64,000 nucleotides of DNA from Faecousia sp. (GCA_045586485.1 JAZNAK010000030.1:9652-73651); one strand, 5' to 3'. Counted from the first letter of the stretch, positions 8,798 through 16,929 are shown. The notes: generated by a model not told the origin, from the sequence alone. Made by a program: numbers and translations.

Positions 8798-10195
8798 TTA
8801 TTTGGTTTCTTCGCTGAGGGGTTTGACCTTCCGTTTGTAGATACGGGCAAAGAGAATCAAGGTGACTACCAGACTCACTACCTCTGCGATGGGGAAGGCC
8901 CACCAAACCATATTCACCTCGCCGGTCAGGCTCAGCAAATAGGCTGCCGGCAGCAGAGCGATCAGCTGGCGGCACAGGGAGGTGATGGTGGAATAGACAC
9001 CGTCACCCAGGGCCGGGAAACTTGCGCCCAGCGCGATGCCAATGGCGGCGATAGGGAAATGAATGCTGACGATCTGCAAAGCGCTGTGCCCCAGATCCAG
9101 GAAGGTGGGCGACGGATCAAAGATCCCCAGCAGCTCGTCCGGGAAGACCTGGAAGATGGTAAGGCCCAGCAGCATGATCGTCATGGCCGTACAGACAGAG
9201 AGCTTTAAGATTTTCGTGATCCGTTTGGGATTCCGGGCGCCGTAATTAAAGGCGATGATGGAGATAGCCGCGTTGTTGATGCCGAACAGGGGCATCAGCA
9301 CGAAGCTCTGGAGCTTGAAATAAATGCCGAAGACGCCGGCGGCGGTCTCGCCGTAGTCCTTGAAGCCCAGGAAAATCTGATTCATACCGAAGTTCATCAC
9401 GGAGCCGATGGCCATCATCACAATGGACGGCACGCCCACTGCCATGATCTTGCCCACGATCTCCCGCCGGGGAAGCAGATACTTCAGCTTCAGTTTCACA
9501 TCTTTGTTGACGGTCAGATTGAACACAAGGGCCATAATAGCCGCCACCCACTGTCCGATGACCGTGGCAACCGCTGCGCCGGCGATGCCCATGGGCGCAA
9601 TACCCAAAGGCTCAAAGCCGAAGATGAAAACCGGGTCCAAAATGATGTTCAGCACAGCACCAAGGCCCTGGGTGAACAGGGTATACACCGTTCGGCCGGA
9701 GGCCTGGAGCAGTCGCTCCCCCAAAATCTCAACGAAAATGCCCAGGCAGAAGATGGAGCAGATGGAGATGTATGCCGTGCCGGCATCCACCGTGGCCTGC
9801 ACCTGAGACTGCATATTGTAGTAGGGACGGGCGCCGAAAAAACCAAAGATCAAAAAGCACAGGGAGAAAACGACAGACAGGAAGAAGCCGTTGCCGGCGG
9901 CCTGGTTGGCCCGCTTCTGATTCCCTTCGCCCAAAGATTTGCTCAGCAGGGCATTCACGCCCACGCCTACACCGGTGGCAAAGCCGATCTGCAGATTCTG
10001 AATGGGGAAGGCCATGCCCAGGGCAGTGACGGCATTTTCCGATATTTTGGAGACATAGTAGCTGTCCACCACATTGTAGAACGCCTGAACAAGCATAGAG
10101 ATCGCCAGGGGCGCAGCCATGGTGAGCAGCAGCTTTCCCACCGGCATTGTGCCCATTTTATTCTCCCTTAGGCTGGGAGCGGTCGCATTTGCCAT
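8798..10195 (-). CDS. MATE family efflux transporter
   Basis: SMLVQAFYNVVDSYYV, NIILDPVFIFG, MGIAGAAVATVIGQ. Confidence 0.93.
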   Translation of the reverse strand: MANATAPSLRENKMGTMPVGKLLLTMAAPLAISMLVQAFYNVVDSYYVSKISENAVTALGMAFPIQNLQIGFATGVGVGVNALLSKSLGEGNQKRANQAAGNGFFLSVVFSLCFLIFGFFGARPYYNMQSQVQATVDAGTAYISICSIFCLGIFVEILGERLLQASGRTVYTLFTQGLGAVLNIILDPVFIFGFEPLGIAPMGIAGAAVATVIGQWVAAIMALVFNLTVNKDVKLKLKYLLPRREIVGKIMAVGVPSIVMMAIGSVMNFGMNQIFLGFKDYGETAAGVFGIYFKLQSFVLMPLFGINNAAISIIAFNYGARNPKRITKILKLSVCTAMTIMLLGLTIFQVFPDELLGIFDPSPTFLDLGHSALQIVSIHFPIAAIGIALGASFPALGDGVYSTITSLCRQLIALLPAAYLLSLTGEVNMVWWAFPIAEVVSLVVTLILFARIYKRKVKPLSEETK

Positions 10196-10262
10196 ATAAA
10201 AACCTCACATATTCGCAATTCACCCGTTATTATAGCGGATTATAGAGAAAAAGCAACAGAAA

Positions 10263-10295
10263 AATCTTCCGCTTTTCCTAAGAAAAGCGGAAGAT
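10263..10295 (-). terminator. terminator of spoVT
   Basis: ATCTTCCGCTTTTC-ctaa-GAAAAGCGGAAGAT with a T-run on the minus strand. Confidence 0.75.
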
Positions 10296-10298
10296 CCC

Positions 10299-10841
10299 TT
10301 AACTTTCCATCTGTTTGCCCAAAAAGCCGGCGATGGTTTGGGTCAGCTTCTGATCGGCCTCGGTGGCGGGAGCGCTGTCGTCGCCCATCAGGAGCATTAC
10401 GCAGCCCATCAAATCTCCCTGGCTGAGTATGGGAGAGGCTACGCCCAAATGGTATTTATCCGTGTTGTCAGTGGGGTGGACAAGAGGATCGCCGGGGTTG
10501 TAGCGATAGTGGGTGCGCTGCTCCATCAGACGCTCCAGCTCCGGAGAGTTGGGCTTGTCCATCAGCTCCCGCTTGGGCGCGCCGGACAGGGCGATGATGG
10601 TATCTCTGTCCGCCACAGCGGCGATCCTGCCGGTGTTGGCGCCGATGGACTCGCAGATCTGCACCGCAAAGTCCTGCAGATCGCTCATAGGGGAGTACTT
10701 GCGGAAAACCACGCCCCCATCCTTCTCCGTGTAGATCTCAAGAGGGTCGCCCTCGCGGATGCGGAGGGTTCTTCTGATTTCTTTGGGAATCACAATACGC
10801 CCAAGATCGTCAACGCGACGAACAATTCCTGTTGCCTTCAT
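10299..10841 (-). CDS. spoVT: stage V sporulation protein T (AbrB-type DNA-binding domain + GAF)
   Basis: MKATGIVRRVDDLGRIVIPKEIRRTLRIREGDPLEIY N-terminus, AGFLGKQME C-terminus. Confidence 0.96.
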   Translation of the reverse strand: MKATGIVRRVDDLGRIVIPKEIRRTLRIREGDPLEIYTEKDGGVVFRKYSPMSDLQDFAVQICESIGANTGRIAAVADRDTIIALSGAPKRELMDKPNSPELERLMEQRTHYRYNPGDPLVHPTDNTDKYHLGVASPILSQGDLMGCVMLLMGDDSAPATEADQKLTQTIAGFLGKQMES

Positions 10842-10870
10842 ATTTCTTTCTCCTTTTTACAAATAACATC

Positions 10871-10939
10871 GTAGGGCGGGGGCTTGCTCCCGCCGTTTGG
10901 TGCGTTTTTGTATGCGGCGGGAGCAAGCCCCCGCCCTAC
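10871..10939. repeat. GTAG-type REP pair (REPIN-like)
   Basis: GTAGGGCGGGGGCTTGCTCCCGCCG-spacer-CGGCGGGAGCAAGCCCCCGCCCTAC inverted pair; the right arm recurs identically at 26250-26273. Confidence 0.85.
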
Positions 10940-11027
10940 AATAATTTTACAAATTACGCTGTTAGTATCTGTAAACAAACGGAGATTATACCGCAGGATT
11001 TACTTTTTGAAATTACAATGCTATAAT
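10935..11027. promoter_or_regulatory. bidirectional promoter block, copy 1
   Basis: plus strand TTTACT-17-TATAAT with extended TG; minus strand GTATAA-N16-GATACTA (forespore sigmaG/F-like) facing spoVT. Confidence 0.75.
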
Positions 11028-11048
11028 AAACAAAAAGGTGGTGGGATT

Positions 11049-11615
11049 GTGGAAATAAAAAAGCATCCTTTTCAAATTTGCATAAATGAGGATGAAGAAT
11101 TTGATGCCAACTCTTCAATTCACAAGAAATACGATTACATATACAACCCTAATGATTATACCAATGCTGATTATATCAAGACCTTTTCCATAATCATAAA
11201 ATGTAGGGATAATAAAACCCGGATTGCCTTGGTGGGAGATTTACATTCTTCTGTTGAGGGATGTGCAATAATAGCAGGGAATCAACTGCTTGTTTTGCAA
11301 AACGACACCCTTTCGGTTATTGATATGGCAACAGGCCAGTTGCTCCGCTTTGTTGAAATAGAAACCTTCGGGTGCAATTTTTCCATTCATTCTATTGAAA
11401 CAGGGTATATCATTTACGGAGAAATTGAAATCCTGAAGCTATCCTTTGACCTTAATGTGGAATGGCGATTTTCTGCAAGAGACATCTTTGTTTCAATACA
11501 TAACAAGAACGCATTTGAGTTATGCGAAAACCATATAAACCTATACGATTTTTTAGACAATTATTATGAAATAGATTTTGATGGAAACTTGATATGTGAT
11601 ATACCAGCGGAGTGA
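11049..11615 (+). CDS. low-GC hypothetical protein (beta-rich, cassette cargo 1)
   Basis: 188-aa ORF from GTG, markedly AT-rich versus flanks, preceded by promoter copy 1. Confidence 0.75.
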   Translation: MEIKKHPFQICINEDEEFDANSSIHKKYDYIYNPNDYTNADYIKTFSIIIKCRDNKTRIALVGDLHSSVEGCAIIAGNQLLVLQNDTLSVIDMATGQLLRFVEIETFGCNFSIHSIETGYIIYGEIEILKLSFDLNVEWRFSARDIFVSIHNKNAFELCENHINLYDFLDNYYEIDFDGNLICDIPAE

Positions 11616-11633
11616 TATTCACTCCGCTGGTAT
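11601..11633. terminator. AGCGGAG-type hairpin 1
   Basis: ATACCAGCGGAGTGA-tat-TCACTCCGCTGGTAT perfect 15-bp inverted repeat. Confidence 0.75.
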
Positions 11634-11795
11634 TCTTTCCGCCACACTATGTATCGCCCAACAGAATCTGTCGATTGGTGTCAATGTTGTCAGCAGAGGA
11701 TCGCCCTCACGGATGCGGAGGGTCCTTCTGATTTCCTTGGGAATCACAATACGCCCGAGGTCGTCAACACGACGAACAATTCCTGTTGCCTTCAT
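11619..11795 (-). pseudogene. spoVT: displaced 5' fragment of spoVT (34 identical residues) fused to an unrelated 24-aa tail
   Basis: MKATGIVRRVDDLGRIVIPKEIRRTLRIREGDPL|LTTLTPIDRFCWAIHSVAERIPAE*; same RBS region as the intact spoVT. Confidence 0.85.
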
Positions 11796-11822
11796 ATTTC
11801 TTTCTCCTTTTCTGCGGCGTAC

Positions 11823-11946
11823 AAGGCCCCCTTGTGTAAAGGGGGCTGGCAGAAATCTTTGATTTCTGACTGGGGGATTGTCCTGTGTCGATACCTTACA
11901 ATCCCTCCGTCACTTCGTGACACCTCCCTTTACACAAGGGAGGCTT
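11823..11946. mobile_element. MITE-like palindromic element (124 bp)
   Basis: imperfect terminal inverted repeats AAGGCCCCCTTGTGTAAAGGGGG...CCTCCCTTTACACAAGGGAGGCTT plus internal hairpins; no ORF. Confidence 0.7.
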
Positions 11947-11951
11947 TTGCG

Positions 11952-12044
11952 CCTACAATAATTTTACAAATTACGCTGTTAGTATCTGTAAACGCTCAAA
12001 GATTATACCGCAAGATTTACTTTTCATCTTTACTATGCTATGAT
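11952..12044. promoter_or_regulatory. bidirectional promoter block, copy 2
   Basis: first 42 bp identical to copy 1; TTTACT-17-TATGAT. Confidence 0.75.
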
Positions 12045-12193
12045 TAAGGAAATCATATTGTTGAGAGAAAAATACACAATATAAACCCAATATGCTCAAG
12101 GTGCAAGGCAGGCTTTGCGGCGCCGAATAGCTGTTCCGGAAGAATCAAGCAAAGAAATAACCACCAAATCCTCTTTACAGAAAGGAAATCTAT

Positions 12194-13030
12194 ATGAACA
12201 AACCCATTATTGCTATCATGTATGACTTTGATAGAACCCTTTGTACTCGCGATATGCAGGAATATACCTTTATTCCCAGTGTTGGTATGCAGGCTGATGA
12301 GTTCTGGAACCGCACTGCAGTAGTAGCTGCGGAAGAGGTGATGGACTCCATCCTAACGTATATGTACTGCATGGTAGAAGCTGCTCGAGAGTCCGGAATC
12401 CCCCTGACCAGGGAATCCCTGGTGGAATGCGGGAAGGATATCGAGTATCATCCCGGCGTGGAAGGCTGGTTTGAGCGGATTAACCGCTATGCCGAGGAAG
12501 CAGGCGTTCAGGTGGAACATTATGTGCTGTCCTCCGGCCTTAAAGAAATCATTGATGGCACTTCTATCGCTAAGTACTTCAAGCGTATCTATGCCTGTGA
12601 GTTTCTTTATAAGGACGGCCAGGCCTACTGGCCTAAAATGGCTGTAAATTACACTAATAAGACCCAGTTTGTTTACCGGATCAACAAGGGTGTTCTGGAC
12701 ATCAATAACAATGCGGATCTGAATAACTCCCGCCCTGATTCCGAGAAACGGGTATTCTTTAGCAATATGATTTATATTGGTGACGGTCTGACAGATGTGC
12801 CTTGCATGAAGCTGGTGAAGCAATCCGGCGGTCATTCCATTGCAATTTACAAACCCGGACAGCACGATCAGGCACTGTCTCTTTTGAAGCACGACCGGGT
12901 GGACTTGATGTTCGAAGCGGATTACAATGAAGGCAGTGAACTGGACCGCGCCATGAGACTGCTTCTGAAAAATCTGGCTAGTTATAACAAGCTGAAGGCT
13001 CTGAACGAGCAGCAGAAAAAGAATTTGTAA
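12194..13030 (+). CDS. haloacid dehalogenase-like hydrolase (cassette cargo 2)
   Basis: YDFDRTL motif I, LSSG motif II, YIGDGLTDVP motif IV; GAAAGGA RBS. Confidence 0.88.
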   Translation: MNKPIIAIMYDFDRTLCTRDMQEYTFIPSVGMQADEFWNRTAVVAAEEVMDSILTYMYCMVEAARESGIPLTRESLVECGKDIEYHPGVEGWFERINRYAEEAGVQVEHYVLSSGLKEIIDGTSIAKYFKRIYACEFLYKDGQAYWPKMAVNYTNKTQFVYRINKGVLDINNNADLNNSRPDSEKRVFFSNMIYIGDGLTDVPCMKLVKQSGGHSIAIYKPGQHDQALSLLKHDRVDLMFEADYNEGSELDRAMRLLLKNLASYNKLKALNEQQKKNL

Positions 13031-13061
13031 TATGCTAAGGCAAACACAATGCCTGAATGAC

Positions 13062-13093
13062 AAAAGCGGAGCAGGTAATCCTGCTCCGCTTTT
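13062..13093. terminator. AGCGGAG-type hairpin 2
   Basis: AAAAGCGGAGCAGG-taat-CCTGCTCCGCTTTT. Confidence 0.75.
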
Positions 13094-13164
13094 ACTTCAT
13101 TATTCTCCTGCCCGTCTGGCGGAATAATAAGTCTTGCAGAGCTGAGGGGGTGTGCCGCCCAAAA

Positions 13165-13191
13165 AAGGCCCCCCTTGCGCAAGGGAGGCTT
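13165..13191. repeat. collapsed remnant of the 11823-11946 MITE
   Basis: AAGGCCCCCCTTGCGCAAGGGAGGCTT = the two terminal repeats joined directly. Confidence 0.65.
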
Positions 13192-13195
13192 TCGC

Positions 13196-13288
13196 CCTAC
13201 AATAATTTTACAAATGACGCTGTTAGTATCTGTAAAAGGCAGGAGATGATACCCCAGCATTTACTTTTGCCTTAAAATGTGGTATATA
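13196..13288. promoter_or_regulatory. bidirectional promoter block, copy 3
   Basis: CCTACAATAATTTTACAAATGACGCTGTTAGTATCTGTAAA matches copies 1/2; TTTACT then TGgTATATA. Confidence 0.7.
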
Positions 13289-13320
13289 TAGGATATCTGT
13301 TTCAGCACAAGGAGAATGCT

Positions 13321-13653
13321 ATGCTTTTTATCAGCGTGGAGGATTTTTTGACCCAGGTAAGCGCCATACCCCGCCTGAGCCGGGAGGAAGAAAAAAATCT
13401 CGCCCAACGCATGGCTGCCGGCGACAGCGCTGCCCGGGAAGCCCTTGTCCGCGGCTATCTTTTTATGGCGGCAGCCACCATTGGCCGCGCTCCCCAAAAT
13501 ATACGCACCCTGCGCACCGTATATGCCTGCATCGACGCCATCGAGAAAGGTGTGGACGGGTTTCATTTTCTGCAGGACGGCGAGACCTTTATGCACCATC
13601 TGAGCTGGCGGATGCGGCAATGTATTACCCGCTGCATCGCCGATCGGGCTTAA
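13321..13653 (+). CDS. sigma-70 region 1.2/2-only protein (110 aa)
   Basis: IPRLSREEEKNLAQRMAAGDSAAREALV (region 1.2/2.1-like) and WRMRQCITRCIADRA (region 2.4-like); AAGGAGA RBS. Confidence 0.72.
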   Translation: MLFISVEDFLTQVSAIPRLSREEEKNLAQRMAAGDSAAREALVRGYLFMAAATIGRAPQNIRTLRTVYACIDAIEKGVDGFHFLQDGETFMHHLSWRMRQCITRCIADRA

Positions 13654-13659
13654 CAACTT

Positions 13660-13696
13660 AAAACAGCGGAGTGAACAGTCACTCCGCTGTTTTTTT
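13660..13696. terminator. AGCGGAG-type hairpin 3 (bidirectional terminator)
   Basis: AAAACAGCGGAGTGA-acag-TCACTCCGCTGTTTTTTT. Confidence 0.8.
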
Positions 13697-15491
13697 ATTC
13701 CGGCTTATGGTTTGCGGAATAGTAGGTCTTGCCCGGCTGGGGCGGTGTGCCCTTGCGGCTGAGAAGCTCCGTCACTGTGAGGAACTCGTAATCGCCTGCA
13801 AGCATCTCCTCCATCGCCATGATCGCGCCCTCCACCGTGGGGCGGTAGAGATCGTGCATCAGAACGATCGCGCCGTCTCTGGCGTTCACAACATACCGGT
13901 ATGTGGAATATGCATTCTGCGTCTTCCAGTCCAGTGTATCCACGCTCCACAGAATGTGGGGCAGGTCCACGCAGGACAGTACCCGCTGGTTGTAGCCGCC
14001 GCCGGGGGTGCGCCACAGGGTAAAGTGCTTTCCTGTCAATTCATACAGCGCCTGGTCGGACATGGCAAAATACTCTTTGATCTGCTGGGAGGTCAGTCCC
14101 GTTTGTATGGTGTGATCATAGGAGTGGTAGCCGATCTCATGGCCCTCCGCCGCCTGCCGTTTCACAATGTGGCTCAGCGGGTCGATCCGGTCGCCCAGTA
14201 TAAAGAAGGTGACGGGGATATCGTTCTCCTTTAGGAAATCCAAAAGCTTCACCGTCTGGGAGCTGGGGCCGTCGTCGAAGGTGATCGCCACCTGGATCAC
14301 ATCGCAGACCTTCACCTGGCAGCTGGCGGACAGACCGCTGTATTTGCCGGTGGCGGTAATGGTGACCGTGCCGTAGGAGACACCGGTGACCGTGCCGTCA
14401 TTGGAAACGGTGGCAATATCGGGATTTTCTGTGGTCCAGACAAACTCCTCTCCGCAATCGGCGGGATCTGCCCAGAGCTGAAGCGGCCGGCTGCAGCCCG
14501 GTTTGACTTTATAAAGCGCTCTGTCCATCTCCACATGGGTGACCGGAGGCATCACCGTCACAGACAGTTCCGCCTGGAAACCGTTGCTCAGCGCCGCTGT
14601 CACGGTGGCTTCGCCGAATCCCACGGCGGTGACCGTGCCGTTTTCCACCGTCACCACAGACCCATCGGAAGAAGACCAAAGCACTGTGTTGGAGGCCGGG
14701 TGATTCAAAGTTGGTGCAAGGGTCAAACTTTGGCCCTTGATCAGCTTACAGCCGTCCATACCCAGAGAAAGGGTCAGCGGCTCACTTAAGACTGTCACCA
14801 TCTGCCGCCGGAGAATACTTCCGTCTTCTCCAAGGGCGTACACAAAGGCCGAGCCCTCCTGCTGGGCAGCGGTGATCAGGCCGCTATCGTCAATGGTAAG
14901 TAGCGAAGCATTGTCACTTATATAGCCGGATGCGCCCTCTGTTTGCCAAAGCACCGTTCCCTCCGGCTCCAAAATCAGAAGATCCCCGCCGGTATAGACC
15001 GTTTGGATGGTCTCCAGGCCCAACAGGTGAGCCTTGACCGTGAGAAAATCCGTGATCGTCAAGCTGCCGTCCCGGTTTAAGTCGCCGGCAGCAGCTTCCA
15101 GGGGCGTGATCTCCTGACCCAGAAGGGCAGCTTTCTGAATCAGCAGGTCAGAGATGGTGACCGCCCCGTCGCCGTTCAGGTCGCCCTTGACCACAGCGGT
15201 CAACGACAGTTCCTGTTCCCCGGCAAAGCAGCTGACCGTTGTTCCGGTGGCAACGGTCTCCCCTTGGGCGGTAGCGTCGCTGGGAACGCAGACATTCAGC
15301 AGCTTCTCCACCGGCGTGCCCGGCGCGATGCCGGTAATGTACCCCTGCTCCACGGAAAAATATTCAGTTAAGATCCCTTCCCGGGCGGCATCGTAGACCT
15401 CTGCGCCCTCCGCCTTTGCCGGCAGGCAAATCTGGGTCAGAATCAGAGCGATCAGCACAACAAAAGCCGATAATCTGAAATGTTTCCTCAC
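13695..15491 (-). CDS. secreted polysaccharide/peptidoglycan deacetylase (CE4) with dockerin and Ig-like Big_2 domains
   Basis: signal peptide; duplicated GDLNGDG..TISD / GDLNRDG..TITD dockerin; WSSSD..VVTV.NG.VTA Ig repeats; NodB motifs TFDDGP, HSYDH, RTPGG, DTLDW, LMHD. Confidence 0.88.
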   Translation of the reverse strand: MRKHFRLSAFVVLIALILTQICLPAKAEGAEVYDAAREGILTEYFSVEQGYITGIAPGTPVEKLLNVCVPSDATAQGETVATGTTVSCFAGEQELSLTAVVKGDLNGDGAVTISDLLIQKAALLGQEITPLEAAAGDLNRDGSLTITDFLTVKAHLLGLETIQTVYTGGDLLILEPEGTVLWQTEGASGYISDNASLLTIDDSGLITAAQQEGSAFVYALGEDGSILRRQMVTVLSEPLTLSLGMDGCKLIKGQSLTLAPTLNHPASNTVLWSSSDGSVVTVENGTVTAVGFGEATVTAALSNGFQAELSVTVMPPVTHVEMDRALYKVKPGCSRPLQLWADPADCGEEFVWTTENPDIATVSNDGTVTGVSYGTVTITATGKYSGLSASCQVKVCDVIQVAITFDDGPSSQTVKLLDFLKENDIPVTFFILGDRIDPLSHIVKRQAAEGHEIGYHSYDHTIQTGLTSQQIKEYFAMSDQALYELTGKHFTLWRTPGGGYNQRVLSCVDLPHILWSVDTLDWKTQNAYSTYRYVVNARDGAIVLMHDLYRPTVEGAIMAMEEMLAGDYEFLTVTELLSRKGTPPQPGKTYYSANHKPE

Positions 15492-15601
15492 TTGCAGGCT
15501 CCTTTGACTTGAAAACTGTCGAAAAAAATTGTATTATACTAGATATTATAGTATCAGCAAAGAAAAAATACAACCGAAACATAGCAGGAAGTGGAACAAA
15601 A

Positions 15602-16870
15602 ATGAGAAAAGTTTTCAGTGTTTTTTTGGTGATCGCGGTGCTCTTTTCCGCCGCGGCTATGGTATCTGCCGCCGGAGGCGCCAGCTGGGGCGGACCGTCT
15701 GTGGTACGGGCGGGGGATACCATCACCTTGACCTTTTATGCCGGCGGCGGCATTTACGGCGGCTCCGGCTCGGTATCCTACGATCCCAATATTCTGACCC
15801 TGGAAGGGTACACCCAGCTCATCGGCGGTGACTGGGTACTGGAATGGGGCGGAAACAATTTTCTGTTTTACGACAACTCCCTTTCCAGTCCCATCAACGG
15901 CAGCAGCGCTATTTTTAAGGCTACCTTTACCGTCAACGCCTCTGCGCCTGTAGGCGTTTCCATCACCGTCAGCGCCACCGGCGTGACCCTCTCCGACGGA
16001 GACCAGGATATTGGCATCGGCACGGTTTCCTACAACGCTACCATCGCTGAGCCCCTCTCGGGCAACTGCGATCTTTCTTCCCTCACCCTTGGGGGCGTGA
16101 GCGTTTACCCCGCCTTTTCCCCCTCCGTCACCTATTACTCCGCGGCTGTGCCTTACGCCGTATCCGCCGTCAGCGTGGAGGCGGTAGCAGCCCATAGCGG
16201 GGCAACGGTGTCTGTCTACAACCCCCAGCTGACTGCCAACGCCACCACCACAGTGGAAATTACCGTCACCGCGGAAAACGGCGCGAAAAAAACCTACACA
16301 ATCGGCATCTTCCGGGAACAGGACCCCAATTATGTACCCAGCAGCAACGCCGATCTGGAAAGTCTCTTTGTGGACGGTTTTTCACTGTCGCCTGCCTTCC
16401 AAAAGGATGTGACCCAGTACTACATTTGGCTTCCCTATGAGGCAGAGCAGATTGCTCTCTCTGCCGCCACAGAGGACAGCAAAGCCTCCTACACAGTGGG
16501 TCAGTGGGAGCAGCTCCCTGCCGGTGAGAGAACGGATATCCCCGTCACCGTTATGGCAGAGGACGGCACGCTGAAGGTTTACACCATCACCGTGTTCCGG
16601 GCGCCCTCTCACGACCGGGTGGAGGACTTCCTGTCCGGCAGTCCTGCCGAAACAGAGCCTACGGAGCCTGTTGAAACCGATCCTCCCGAGACCACCGCGC
16701 CGCGGCCCACGGAAACCCAGCCGGACACCCCTGCGCAACCCCCGGTCCAACGGGAGCTTCCGGCGTTTCTTCTGCCCGGCGGCATCGGCTTTGTGTTGGG
16801 CGCTGGCATTGCCGCATTGATTGCGGCGCTGTGCAGGAAGAAAAGAGACTCCATAGACCCGCTTCCTTAA
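15602..16870 (+). CDS. cell-surface protein: cohesin-like domain, two cadherin-like beta-sandwich domains, P/T linker, C-terminal membrane anchor
   Basis: signal peptide; GDTITLT..SYDPNILT cohesin-like pattern; two S.N.DL.SL...PAF...ITV.AE.G..K.YTI repeats; TM helix then RKKR. Confidence 0.78.
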   Translation: MRKVFSVFLVIAVLFSAAAMVSAAGGASWGGPSVVRAGDTITLTFYAGGGIYGGSGSVSYDPNILTLEGYTQLIGGDWVLEWGGNNFLFYDNSLSSPINGSSAIFKATFTVNASAPVGVSITVSATGVTLSDGDQDIGIGTVSYNATIAEPLSGNCDLSSLTLGGVSVYPAFSPSVTYYSAAVPYAVSAVSVEAVAAHSGATVSVYNPQLTANATTTVEITVTAENGAKKTYTIGIFREQDPNYVPSSNADLESLFVDGFSLSPAFQKDVTQYYIWLPYEAEQIALSAATEDSKASYTVGQWEQLPAGERTDIPVTVMAEDGTLKVYTITVFRAPSHDRVEDFLSGSPAETEPTEPVETDPPETTAPRPTETQPDTPAQPPVQRELPAFLLPGGIGFVLGAGIAALIAALCRKKRDSIDPLP

Positions 16871-16929
16871 CTTATTTCACAGCGGAAGATATACTGGGTT
16901 TATCCACAAAAAGAAAAGAGGTTTGCTTT

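Noticed and set aside
12045-12193. Possible riboswitch in the 150-bp leader of the HAD gene
   Set aside because: I could not match it to any riboswitch consensus; an Rfam scan would be needed.
13094-13133. CTTCATTATTCTCCT as a vestigial third spoVT start (RBS-ATG-AAG-TAA on the minus strand)
   Set aside because: Too short to distinguish from chance and also explained as one arm of a local hairpin; consistent with the array model but not evidence for it.
16900-16908. DnaA box TTATCCACA suggesting oriC
   Set aside because: An isolated box, with no cluster, no AT-rich unwinding element and no dnaA in the window.
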